64,000 nucleotides of DNA from Candidatus Beckwithbacteria bacterium GW2011_GWC1_49_16 (GTDB taxonomy: Bacteria; Patescibacteriota; Microgenomatia; UBA1400; CG1-02-47-37): positions 453,663-517,662 of the forward strand of contig CP011210.1 of the NCBI GenBank assembly GCA_001029675.1. The letters run 5' to 3'. Shown piece after piece: positions 1-8,255 of the stretch (the stretch's first letter is position 1; every line of letters begins with the position of its first letter). Under the pieces are notes generated by a model. The model was not told the DNA's origin. It saw nothing but the letters and a program-made list of their open reading frames with translations, and made no database searches. Made by a program: the position numbers and the translations under genes.

Positions 1-86
1 GGGCGGTAAAGGAACCGGTTTAGAATAAACAGGAGCACCCCAAAATTAACCAGCTGAAACAGTAGTTGATACCACTTAATCGACAC
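1..86 (-). CDS. atpF: ATP synthase F0 subunit b (AtpF), N-terminal fragment running off the window edge
   Basis: The reverse complement gives AGGAGG, then 8 nt, then GTG and VSIKWYQLLFQLVNFGVLLFILNRFLYRP. This is a hydrophobic b-subunit-like N-terminus directly downstream of atpE in the usual atpB-atpE-atpF order. The gene is partial and is not in the ORF track. Confidence 0.5.
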   Translation of the reverse strand, partial: MSIKWYQLLFQLVNFGVLLFILNRFLYR

Positions 87-109
87 TTTAAATTGCCTCC
101 TTTTGGTTT

Positions 110-346
<237 letters not shown>

Positions 347-355
347 CTAAATAAT

Positions 356-1099
356 TTAATGATGCTCGCTTGAAACGGCGATGTTGATAAAGACTAAGGT
401 GAGCATAGCAAAAACCAGCGCCTGAATGAAGCCGACAAAGATTTCCAAGGCCACAAAAGGCAAGGGGCCGAACAAAGGCAGGAGAAAGGCGATGACGATG
501 AGCAAGACCTCGCCGGCAAAAATGTTGCCAAACAGCCTGAAAGTAAAAGAGATGAGACGGGAGAACTCGGCGATGATTTCTAAAAAGCCGACAAAAAAGT
601 TTATCGGATTGGTCAGGTTAAAAAACTTTTTAAAATAACTGATCCCCTGGTATTTGTAGCCGTAGATTTGTACCGAGGCCATGGCAAAAATGGCTATCGC
701 TAAAGTGGTGTGGACGTCGGCGGTGGCCGCCCGCAAAAGCGGCACAAAACGCTCCTGGCCGTTAACTACTTTGATCAGGCCGATGGTATCCAGGCCCGGG
801 AGTAACTCGGCCCAGCTGCCAAAAATGACAAATAGAAAAATAGTAGTAAACAGGGGGAAAAATTTCCCCGCGTGGTGCGGAGTGACGGATTGGACGAATT
901 CATAGAGGCTCTCGATGACTGTCGCCACAAAGAGAGCGAAATTACTCTTTTTGTTTTGTTTTAAATGCTGGTAAAACCTAATGGCCACTAAGCTTAAGCC
1001 GGCGGATACCAGAAGGCTCACCAACATCGAGTTGGTGAATTCAAAGTGTCCTAAATTAAAAATCGGCTCTGCCGATATCGAGATGTGTAGTTCAGCCAC
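356..1099 (-). CDS. atpB: F0F1 ATP synthase subunit a
   Basis: 247 aa polytopic membrane protein. Its C-terminal region has the conserved Arg/Glu-containing helices typical of subunit a (RLFGNIFAGEVLL...). It lies immediately upstream of atpE. Confidence 0.88.
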   Translation of the reverse strand: MAELHISISAEPIFNLGHFEFTNSMLVSLLVSAGLSLVAIRFYQHLKQNKKSNFALFVATVIESLYEFVQSVTPHHAGKFFPLFTTIFLFVIFGSWAELLPGLDTIGLIKVVNGQERFVPLLRAATADVHTTLAIAIFAMASVQIYGYKYQGISYFKKFFNLTNPINFFVGFLEIIAEFSRLISFTFRLFGNIFAGEVLLIVIAFLLPLFGPLPFVALEIFVGFIQALVFAMLTLVFINIAVSSEHH

Positions 1100-1162
1100 T
1101 TTAAATTTTTTTTGCTTTATTGGCCGTCTTTAGGATAACAACAGGCGGCAAAAGTGTCAAGG

Positions 1163-2011
1163 TTATAACAGTTTATCCAGCGGCAGGCCCAAGAGCGAGT
1201 CAAGTTGGCTTTTTAAGCTGGCGGCGGTTTCCCGGGAGTCGGGCCAAGGGGAAAAGCGGTAGTGGTCGAGGATCGCCAGTAACAGCTTAGCTTGCTCTGG
1301 CGGCAAAGGAAAAGTGTGCTGGTATTGATCTTTCAGGTTTGCCTCTGCCGAAAAGGCTAAGCTACCTTTGCCACCTTTGGCCTCTTGCAACTCCTTGATC
1401 AGTTTTATCTTGGTGGCTTTGTCAAGTTTTTCGTCGCGGAGTCTCATTAGTTCCGAAAGGTGCAAGAAAAGAATCCGGGCAACATGGCGCATGATGACGT
1501 CGTGCACCAGCGGTGAGGGTTCGCCGCGAAAACCTAAGTTGGTGGAGCGGGAAAAAACCATCTTGTCGATGCCGGTCAGTATCAAATCGACCTCGGGGTG
1601 GATGGCGTTACTAAACAGGGTGGAGAGTAACGCGTCGGCAATAGTCATGCGGGTTTTGTAAGACTCGACGTAGTTTTCGTTGATGTGGCTGTCGGTGGCC
1701 CAAAAGACGAGTTTTTTGACCAGGCGGCGGCGTTCGAGCCTTCCCGATTTGGTATCCGGATTGGCTTTTAAGAATTTATCTACTCTGGTTTCCACCGCTT
1801 TTGAGTGGATGACGGTGACGCTCTTTTTTCTTTCCCGGGCGAGTTTGACGCGGAACTTTAAGAATTTTCGGGCGTCGGCCTCGCCGAACAGGCCGGCCAT
1901 AAAGTCAAAGCGGGGATTCCAATCGTCTTTAAAAGCCAGTCTTAGGGCTAGGTCAAATCTTAACCAGGCGTAAACCGCCAGCATCAAAAAATACTTCACT
2001 CCCCTTTTCAT
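1163..2011 (-). CDS. hypothetical protein with an N-terminal hydrophobic segment
   Basis: 282-aa ORF with core-like GC content. It is directly upstream of atpB but is too long and too hydrophilic to be AtpI. No recognisable motif. Confidence 0.45.
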   Translation of the reverse strand: MKRGVKYFLMLAVYAWLRFDLALRLAFKDDWNPRFDFMAGLFGEADARKFLKFRVKLARERKKSVTVIHSKAVETRVDKFLKANPDTKSGRLERRRLVKKLVFWATDSHINENYVESYKTRMTIADALLSTLFSNAIHPEVDLILTGIDKMVFSRSTNLGFRGEPSPLVHDVIMRHVARILFLHLSELMRLRDEKLDKATKIKLIKELQEAKGGKGSLAFSAEANLKDQYQHTFPLPPEQAKLLLAILDHYRFSPWPDSRETAASLKSQLDSLLGLPLDKLL

Positions 2012-2038
2012 CGTTTTAGTTTACCACGAGCGGTTATT

Positions 2039-2311
2039 TTACCGATTCAGATACATAATTTCCTTAAAAACTCTTCTCAGTTGAATTTTCAACTCGGCCC
2101 TACCTTTACCGCCTTTTAAGTAGACCTCTCGTCCTTTTGCGTCAGCTCTGTTTTTGTAGGCTTCGTAGTAAATTAACTCTAACGGTAAACGATGTTTGGT
2201 TGCTTTAACGTAGCCGTTATTGTGTTTTTTAAGCCTCGCCTTTAAGTCGGGAGTATAGCCGGTGTAAAGTTTTCTATCTTTCTTTGAGAATAAAATATAG
2301 ACGTAGTGCAT
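2039..2311 (-). CDS. GIY-YIG nuclease family protein
   Basis: 90 aa. MHYVYILFSKKDRKLYTGYTPDLKARLKKHN matches the GIY-x10-YIG motif and the conserved Arg of the UPF0213-type small GIY-YIG proteins. It is the first AT-rich gene of the island. Confidence 0.8.
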   Translation of the reverse strand: MHYVYILFSKKDRKLYTGYTPDLKARLKKHNNGYVKATKHRLPLELIYYEAYKNRADAKGREVYLKGGKGRAELKIQLRRVFKEIMYLNR

Positions 2312-2340
2312 CGCGGTTTTCGTTAATCTGGCTTCGTTTT

Positions 2341-2395
2341 GATAGAGGTGAGTCCGCTTAGCGGACTATCACCTCGCTGAGCGAGGTGAGCCATA
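2341..2395. repeat. palindromic stem-loop cluster with mutually exclusive pairings
   Basis: GGTGAG-[AGTCCGC TTAG GCGGACT]-ATCACC-[TCGC TGAG GCGA]-GGTGAG. The central TCACC can pair with either flanking GGTGA. It lies in the divergent intergenic region between the GIY-YIG gene and the 2574 gene. Confidence 0.3.
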
Positions 2396-2455
2396 CGGGT
2401 CTGGAACCCTTTAGTCCCATAACCAGTAACTTTCGTAGTGTATCATATCAAGGCT

Positions 2456-2498
2456 AAATGAGACAAATGAGACACTATAAAAAGGGGTGTCTCAAATG
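2456..2498. promoter_or_regulatory. operator-like array: two direct copies and one inverted copy of (A/T)TTGAGACA
   Basis: The sequence reads aaatGAGACAaatGAGACActataaaaaggggTGTCTCaaatg and lies about 75 nt upstream of the 2574 start codon. A TATAAA element sits between the half-sites. Confidence 0.4.
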
Positions 2499-2573
2499 CT
2501 AGTGATGTAGTTTGATATAGACAGCCTTGATATTGGAACTCACATCCTGTAAGTAATATACTTGAACTAATAT

Positions 2574-3218
2574 ATGGCAAAAAAGACAAAACTAGTGAGC
2601 ATGCGAAAACCGATCTATTTAGTGCTATTTATAGTAATTCTCGCTCTCGGTGCTCTAATCTGGTACAAAAACTGGCAAAGCAAGTTTGAGGCTCCGAAAC
2701 AAGGTACTCAATTAATTGGGTTTACGATTAAGAAAGACACTTCCTTAATGGCGGTAGTTGGCGATCTTCACTATTACGGATTTATTAAGGATGAGGATGC
2801 CTTTAAATACGCTTTAGAGCACACAAAGGACAATACTCCAGGCAAGGCGAATGCTCTTACCATTGGTAATAACACTATCGACCGAGAAGCTAGATATAAA
2901 ATCTCTCAGAGTATGACTGCTTGGCAAATAGCAGACGTACTGCTTAACCAAGGTGAACTTAGTACATGCGACCATGGCTGTCCTGATAGTAATTTTGATC
3001 CAGAACTTCTTCCTGGTGGGGATTTAGCTCCTACTCTGAAAGAAAAGTATTCTGGGGTCAAAACTTACGAAGATTGCACTAAGGCAATTGGTCATGACGG
3101 AGGTCAACTCTCTTCAGAGCAATATGCCCAAAGAACAGGAATCAGAAGATGTGTTGCCCCTGATGGTCGAGAATTTACTCAAGGAAAAGAGGGTTGGTCG
3201 GACGTTCCTACTCCTTAG
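2574..3218 (+). CDS. hypothetical membrane-anchored or secreted protein
   Basis: 214 aa with an N-terminal TM/signal anchor (IYLVLFIVILALGALIWY) and a Cys-containing extracytoplasmic domain. No recognisable family. Confidence 0.5.
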   Translation: MAKKTKLVSMRKPIYLVLFIVILALGALIWYKNWQSKFEAPKQGTQLIGFTIKKDTSLMAVVGDLHYYGFIKDEDAFKYALEHTKDNTPGKANALTIGNNTIDREARYKISQSMTAWQIADVLLNQGELSTCDHGCPDSNFDPELLPGGDLAPTLKEKYSGVKTYEDCTKAIGHDGGQLSSEQYAQRTGIRRCVAPDGREFTQGKEGWSDVPTP

Positions 3219-4012
3219 CTAGTTATTTTTTCTTTATTTACCAGCGCCACGCTTTTGTTTAGCTCGTCCTTCAAAACGCTGAGCTCTGTTAACAACCCCT
3301 GTTTTCCAAAATATTTGGCTGCCACCTCCATTATTCTGCGTAACATATCAAATGCTCCAATCAAGTTGTTTTCCTGACCCTTAGTTTGTGGACCAGCAGA
3401 AAAGGTGGTGACATCATCAATTTTTGCAGACACTAATTGATTCAATACAATTGGCTGTGAATGAGCGTGCTGACTGGCTAAATTGTAGAAAACATCGTAC
3501 TCCCAACTACACCCAGTCTTCTTACAGAGTTCCTTAAAACTATAGCCTGACCATTTATACTTATCTGGCCTCTTATACCTCTTGTAAAACTGGATCTTTG
3601 CTTTGAGTCTTGCTTGGTAAATATCCAACGGAAACTCTTTCTTAAGCCTTCTTTTATTTTTTGCGTAGTCGAGCATGAAAAATTGTTGTACTTGGATATG
3701 CTCAATATATCGCCTAGCTCGAGTGTCTCTTTTTGTTTCATTAAGAATGTAGGTTAAATTTACCAAATCCTCAAACATTGAACGGACGATACTGTCCGCC
3801 TCCATACCATATCCAGACTTACACAAAATAACAGTAGCAGAATGACTGCGAATAGCTTTAGCAATTAAAGCTAGAAGAATATCAGTTTTGCGTGTTTTTG
3901 ATGGTGCCGTAAAACTGTTGAAGTGTTTTCCAGCCGCCGTTAATAAACGATCATTAAGTTCAAATAAACTCAATGAATCTTCAATGACACTTTTTGTCTG
4001 GTCTCTATTCAT
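3215..4012 (-). CDS. hypothetical protein, last gene of the LexA-CBASS operon (possibly HEPN-like)
   Basis: 265 aa. Its start overlaps the upstream gene's stop by 4 nt. It contains an R-x4-H (RRYIEH) and HAH residues. A JAMM-like spacing was checked and does not fit. Confidence 0.5.
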   Translation of the reverse strand: MNRDQTKSVIEDSLSLFELNDRLLTAAGKHFNSFTAPSKTRKTDILLALIAKAIRSHSATVILCKSGYGMEADSIVRSMFEDLVNLTYILNETKRDTRARRYIEHIQVQQFFMLDYAKNKRRLKKEFPLDIYQARLKAKIQFYKRYKRPDKYKWSGYSFKELCKKTGCSWEYDVFYNLASQHAHSQPIVLNQLVSAKIDDVTTFSAGPQTKGQENNLIGAFDMLRRIMEVAAKYFGKQGLLTELSVLKDELNKSVALVNKEKITS

Positions 4013-5679
4013 AGGTTAATTTTATTTCCCTTGCTATCGGCAATACTCATCTGTATTTTAGACTTTTGCTTCGGATATTTCTTCAAAAACTCTTGGTTTT
4101 CACTGACTAAAGATACGGTGTAATAAACAGTTCCATCTTTCCTTTTCAAATCTCTGCCGTGGAGTAAGCCCTCTCTCCTAAGTTTTTTAATCGAAGATGG
4201 ATGGACTCCGTGATTAGATGTAATCTGCAATCTTTCAAACCAGTTACTTTTATCGTCATGGCGATGCTTGAGGGGTGGAATAACGCCTTCTTTGATATTG
4301 TTCCAGCAATCTCTGCACCATAAACCGTTTAATGTCCACCAGATATCCTTTCCGTAGTAATACTCTCCACAAATTCCACAAGTATATGGACCTTTACCGT
4401 CGTCAAGGTAGAATCCTTCTGGCTCTTTCTCAAGTCTTCTTTTTCGTGTTGCTTCGATTCCATCAAATTCACCAGACATTCTTGCGAGTTGAACCAGGTT
4501 ATGACTCATATACTTAGCTCGTTTTTCTGAGTCACTGTTTGATTTTGGAGTTTTAACTTCTTTTTTGGCTCCAACCAATTCAAGTAAATCTTCTTCTTGC
4601 TCATATGCTTTCAGAGTGCCAGACAGATATCCAAGGCGATAGCGGATTCCATCACTCATAAGTCTCCAGTTGGTGTCTTCTAAAGTATCTTTCAGGAGTT
4701 TCTTGAGGGTTGCTTCGCTTATATTAGGATTTCTTGTTGAGTTAGCATCTAAAACATTAAAAGGAATCGTAACAAACCTGCCCATATCAGGTTTATCCAG
4801 CGTGAACTTAACGTATTTCTCCTTTTCCAATTTTTCAGTAAGCAATTTCTCGATTTCAAGAACGGTTAATCTTTTTAGATTGACTGCTGTTTGGTAGGCT
4901 TTGTCATCATATTTCTGTTTTTCTTCTTCATACACTTCATGACCTACTTCCATTGCTTCGAGTGTTTCGACGTGTTCTATGCCATCTTTTTCGTTTAAAC
5001 AAAACTCTCCTCGATACTTTTCAAGAAGTTTTTTGCCTTCTTCTTCCTTTTTCTTTTGCTCTTCCTCCCATTTCTTATGCTCCTCATCATGTTTAGCAAG
5101 ATCCTCAATTTCAGTTTTTGTATAACCACAGGCTTTGCATTTATGTTTCCAAGTAATGACTTTGCCTTTTCGAGTAGCTTTTATATCCATTTCTTCTTTG
5201 CACTTTGGGCAAAGGTCAGGCTTTGATAAGCGGATCTCATTATCGTCATATACCCACTGTTGTTTCTCGCATTTACTGCATTTAAAAAGAAACATCATGC
5301 GCATGATCGGGTTATCGTATGAGTAATCAAGGTGTTTTGAAGAATTGAAAGACATTGAACCGCCACAGAGGGGGCAAACAATTCCTTCTGGGATTGGAGT
5401 GTGATCTTGCTTATCCTGTTTTAGTTTGTCTTCTTCCATCCACTTCTGGATAGTTTCTTGTTTCTTTTCATACCTTTTGCCTTTTATAGTAAAAAGGGTA
5501 CGATGAAGCATAAGGTTTGCGTCATGCGATTTGACTTCTTGGGAAATATCCTTAAGCTCTTCGCTAGTAAGACTAGTTTTATAAATATCCTGAAACATTT
5601 TTACCGTATCAAGACACTCTTCAATGGTATGAAGGTCGTAGCGGTCAACATAATTTTGTTCATCATTTAGGTATTGCAT
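4009..5679 (-). CDS. multi-zinc-ribbon protein with a coiled-coil/Lys-Glu-rich linker, function unknown
   Basis: 556 aa with three CxxC...CxxC clusters (CPLCGG...CSKC; CPKC...CKAC; CGICGE...CRDC). The gene is translationally coupled on both sides, overlapping its neighbours by 17 nt and 4 nt. Confidence 0.5.
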   Translation of the reverse strand: MQYLNDEQNYVDRYDLHTIEECLDTVKMFQDIYKTSLTSEELKDISQEVKSHDANLMLHRTLFTIKGKRYEKKQETIQKWMEEDKLKQDKQDHTPIPEGIVCPLCGGSMSFNSSKHLDYSYDNPIMRMMFLFKCSKCEKQQWVYDDNEIRLSKPDLCPKCKEEMDIKATRKGKVITWKHKCKACGYTKTEIEDLAKHDEEHKKWEEEQKKKEEEGKKLLEKYRGEFCLNEKDGIEHVETLEAMEVGHEVYEEEKQKYDDKAYQTAVNLKRLTVLEIEKLLTEKLEKEKYVKFTLDKPDMGRFVTIPFNVLDANSTRNPNISEATLKKLLKDTLEDTNWRLMSDGIRYRLGYLSGTLKAYEQEEDLLELVGAKKEVKTPKSNSDSEKRAKYMSHNLVQLARMSGEFDGIEATRKRRLEKEPEGFYLDDGKGPYTCGICGEYYYGKDIWWTLNGLWCRDCWNNIKEGVIPPLKHRHDDKSNWFERLQITSNHGVHPSSIKKLRREGLLHGRDLKRKDGTVYYTVSLVSENQEFLKKYPKQKSKIQMSIADSKGNKINL

Positions 5680-6496
5680 TCTTTTTGTTTAATCCTTTTA
5701 AACTGAATACTGGCTGTTTAAAATGAGATCCACCGAACATGCTGTTCCATTCATCTTTGTCATTTATGTAGAAACTAGAAATGTCTTTACTGCTAACAGG
5801 TTTTTTATAATGCAACAGGATTATTGCTCGCATATTATTCAGTAGTGAGCAGACAAAGAGACACTTCCCGAAAATTCTGCCAATCTTAAAATTCAACGTA
5901 TGCTGTAAGACTATTGGAACTCCATCTCTGGTTTCCTTAGAAAAATAAGTAATCGTACTATCGGAGTCGTTCAGCTTAAAATGTTGTCCATTCCCAACGG
6001 AGATAGAAAGAGTTGTCTGGCTATGATTGGCTTTAACCCTATAACCATGTTTATAGGCATTGAGCAGATCGTAGTCGCCTAAATAATCCTTAGCGACTTC
6101 CTTAATTAAATTTGTATAAAGATTATATTTCTCATTTGTTCCACTATTATCTTTGAGAACAGAAAAGATTAATTTAAAAAACCAGGATGAAAGTTCCGTC
6201 GTCTTAGCGAAATTCTCACTAATGAAGTTGCGAAGATTAAAAGAATCGATAAATAAGGCTGAAGGGAATCTGTCAACCGTGACCGACAAAGCATGAGAGT
6301 TAATAAATAAAATCTCTGTCGCCTGTAAATAAAGCGTATATAAATCTAAGACAACTCTGTTTTGTTTTTTCTTATCCTTCAATCTTTCAAACTTGTTATA
6401 TAGCTGGATTGTCTTTTTAGTCAAACTATCGAAATCAGCATTTTCGTAGTGTGAAAGTTTAAAATCATCCAATTCTTTTTCTAAATCCGGAGTCAT
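5663..6496 (-). CDS. hypothetical protein co-transcribed with the CBASS effector
   Basis: 277 aa. It overlaps the effector gene by 4 nt (ATGA coupling). The region is AT-rich. No recognised motif. Confidence 0.5.
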   Translation of the reverse strand: MTPDLEKELDDFKLSHYENADFDSLTKKTIQLYNKFERLKDKKKQNRVVLDLYTLYLQATEILFINSHALSVTVDRFPSALFIDSFNLRNFISENFAKTTELSSWFFKLIFSVLKDNSGTNEKYNLYTNLIKEVAKDYLGDYDLLNAYKHGYRVKANHSQTTLSISVGNGQHFKLNDSDSTITYFSKETRDGVPIVLQHTLNFKIGRIFGKCLFVCSLLNNMRAIILLHYKKPVSSKDISSFYINDKDEWNSMFGGSHFKQPVFSLKGLNKKNAIPK

Positions 6497-7119
6497 AGCG
6501 TTTTATATTCCAGTTGTTCAGCATCCTCGAAATTTTCAGCAATCATGCAGGAATACCTGTCCAAGATAACAGTCCCAGCACCTTTTCTATCTGTAAAGTA
6601 ACTACCGAGCAATTTCTTGACTGGATTCCCTACAATATCAAATACGCTTGCTCCATCATGCGGTCTGTTATTATCTCTCTTACCATAAGGTGCTTCACTC
6701 TTATACAGATAAACAAGCTTTTTTCTATCTGGTTCTTCTTCAATCTTGGCGGTGACAGATTTAGAAGCCGACGGTTTCTTAAAGAATGAGCGGACTGATA
6801 CAGAAGTAAAAGTCTGATTAATAGCAACATAAATATCAGTCTCGCCGCTCATACCTTTCTCGTCACTCTCAAATTTTAGTTTTCCTTTCCATGTTCCATA
6901 AAGAATTGGCACTCCTAAAAATTGAGCTAGATATTTAAAGATCCACTTTCTCCAAATCCATTTATCATATGTAGTCCAGATAATAACCACCAAACTAGTT
7001 GCTCCCGACAACCAACGGAACAAGTTATCGTCAATAGACTGTCTCGTTACGAACGATAAAACAAAGATAAGTACTGAATATAAGAGAATGGCAGTTTTGA
7101 TTATTCGTTGCTGATTCAT
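6493..7119 (-). CDS. 2-TM membrane effector, Cap15-like candidate CBASS effector
   Basis: 208 aa. Two N-terminal hydrophobic helices (IIKTAILLYSVLIFVLSFV; SLVVIIWTTY) are followed by a soluble domain of about 130 aa. Its start lies 1 nt after the cyclase stop. Confidence 0.55.
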   Translation of the reverse strand: MNQQRIIKTAILLYSVLIFVLSFVTRQSIDDNLFRWLSGATSLVVIIWTTYDKWIWRKWIFKYLAQFLGVPILYGTWKGKLKFESDEKGMSGETDIYVAINQTFTSVSVRSFFKKPSASKSVTAKIEEEPDRKKLVYLYKSEAPYGKRDNNRPHDGASVFDIVGNPVKKLLGSYFTDRKGAGTVILDRYSCMIAENFEDAEQLEYKTL

Positions 7120-7120
7120 A

Positions 7121-8023
7121 TTATTTATTTAATAAGTTATAGGCACTCTTTATAAATTGTTTAGCATCATCTTTGGTCCAGTTTTGTTGTCCGTGGAATA
7201 AATATTTACATCCATTTACCTCACGCCACCTACAATCTTCAGAAAGAGTGTACTCGTCTTTTAGTAAATATGTCCACACCTCCTCACATCCTCTCAAAAC
7301 AATATCACGCCAAATCTCATTATTTGTGTAAATAGGATTGCTGACGTTATATGCCAAACTTTCAATCATGAATGATGGAAAGGGCGAGGTGTTGTTATTC
7401 TCAGAAAGGTGACCGTTAACATTTTTTAGAATACGTGCCACATTTTTAAATCGCTTCGAGGTCGAAGTATTTTTCTCAATTCCATTTTCAAGATGTTGAT
7501 CAGGGTAATTGAAATGTCTAATGCCATCAGGTCTGTTTAAAATTAACTGTATACCTTGGTTGTAATTTGTAGATCCAGTCGAATAATAATACCGATATGT
7601 GGTACATGGAATTATGTCAGCATCCAGTATCTTATCTGACCCTCTAATTTTGAAAACCTTATTACCTGATGAATCGACCAAGTTCTTCCCGAACTCAGTT
7701 TCTAGTGCTTTCTGTAAGCGAAGTTTAAAATCAATTTCTGAAATGCCTGTATAGCCGAAAAGACCAGTATTTGAAAATCCAACGCCTTCAGCATAGTTCA
7801 GGTTGATCATATCTTGTAGCTCAACAGCAATATCAATGTCTGAGTCATGTCTAACATTAGTATTATTTGGATAGGATCCTTTTGCAAAAACCCTAATACC
7901 CAAGTCACTCAAATGAGTATCAACAGCTGATTTAACAGTATCTTTTGTCTTTTCTGCTCTTTCCTCCTCGTTGTTAAACCAAGGTTTGATCCAGCCAGAT
8001 AGTTGATCATCGCTAATATTCAT
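7121..8023 (-). CDS. cGAS/DncV-like nucleotidyltransferase (CD-NTase, SMODS-type CBASS cyclase)
   Basis: 300 aa. It has the Pol-beta superfamily signature FAKGSYPNNTNVRHDSDIDIAV (GS...DxD) and a downstream third acidic residue (ILDADIIP). Its size and motif spacing are typical of CD-NTases. Confidence 0.7.
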   Translation of the reverse strand: MNISDDQLSGWIKPWFNNEEERAEKTKDTVKSAVDTHLSDLGIRVFAKGSYPNNTNVRHDSDIDIAVELQDMINLNYAEGVGFSNTGLFGYTGISEIDFKLRLQKALETEFGKNLVDSSGNKVFKIRGSDKILDADIIPCTTYRYYYSTGSTNYNQGIQLILNRPDGIRHFNYPDQHLENGIEKNTSTSKRFKNVARILKNVNGHLSENNNTSPFPSFMIESLAYNVSNPIYTNNEIWRDIVLRGCEEVWTYLLKDEYTLSEDCRWREVNGCKYLFHGQQNWTKDDAKQFIKSAYNLLNK

Positions 8024-8043
8024 AGATAGTTATTTTTTATTCA

Positions 8044-8253
8044 TCACTTTGCCTTACTCCTGTTATATGGATGCCTGTTGTGCGGCATAAGTGAAACATT
8101 TAAATCTTGAGCCTTAGCTTGTATCGCCCCAGGAGTTCTACTCATCTTTAATCCAATAACTCTCGTAGGGGTGTTACCTCTCGCGAGTTTTCGTAGTTGG
8201 GATTCCTGAGTCGGAGACCATTGTTTTCCTTGATTTGCTGGTTTCTTTGTCAT
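8044..8253 (-). CDS. small HTH DNA-binding protein resembling the GcrA N-terminal domain
   Basis: 69 aa. WSPTQESQLRKLARGNTPTRVIGLKMSRTPGAIQAKAQDLNVSL follows the W-x3-E...L-x2-L...G...I...L...R...A...AK...L pattern of GcrA-type or phage HTH proteins. Its start is 2 nt from the lexA stop and its stop is 20 nt upstream of the cyclase start. Confidence 0.45.
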   Translation of the reverse strand: MTKKPANQGKQWSPTQESQLRKLARGNTPTRVIGLKMSRTPGAIQAKAQDLNVSLMPHNRHPYNRSKAK

Positions 8254-8255
8254 AA

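Noticed and set aside
426-905. Plus-strand ORFs (426-638, 681-905) inside atpB
   Set aside because: They are antisense to a well-supported membrane-protein gene. Their low-complexity K/R-rich translations are typical of spurious frames.
3215-4012. JAMM/JAB (Cap3-like) deubiquitinase assignment for the 265-aa protein, based on HAH...S...D
   Set aside because: The spacing is HxH-x10-S-x3-D rather than HxH-x7-S-x2-D. The protein is about 100 aa longer than JAB domains, and no E1/E2 (Cap2) partner is present.
4009-5679. Cap2-like E1/E2 identity for the 556-aa zinc-ribbon protein
   Set aside because: It has no Rossmann GxGxxG nucleotide-binding motif or catalytic Cys context. The CxxC pairs alone are insufficient.
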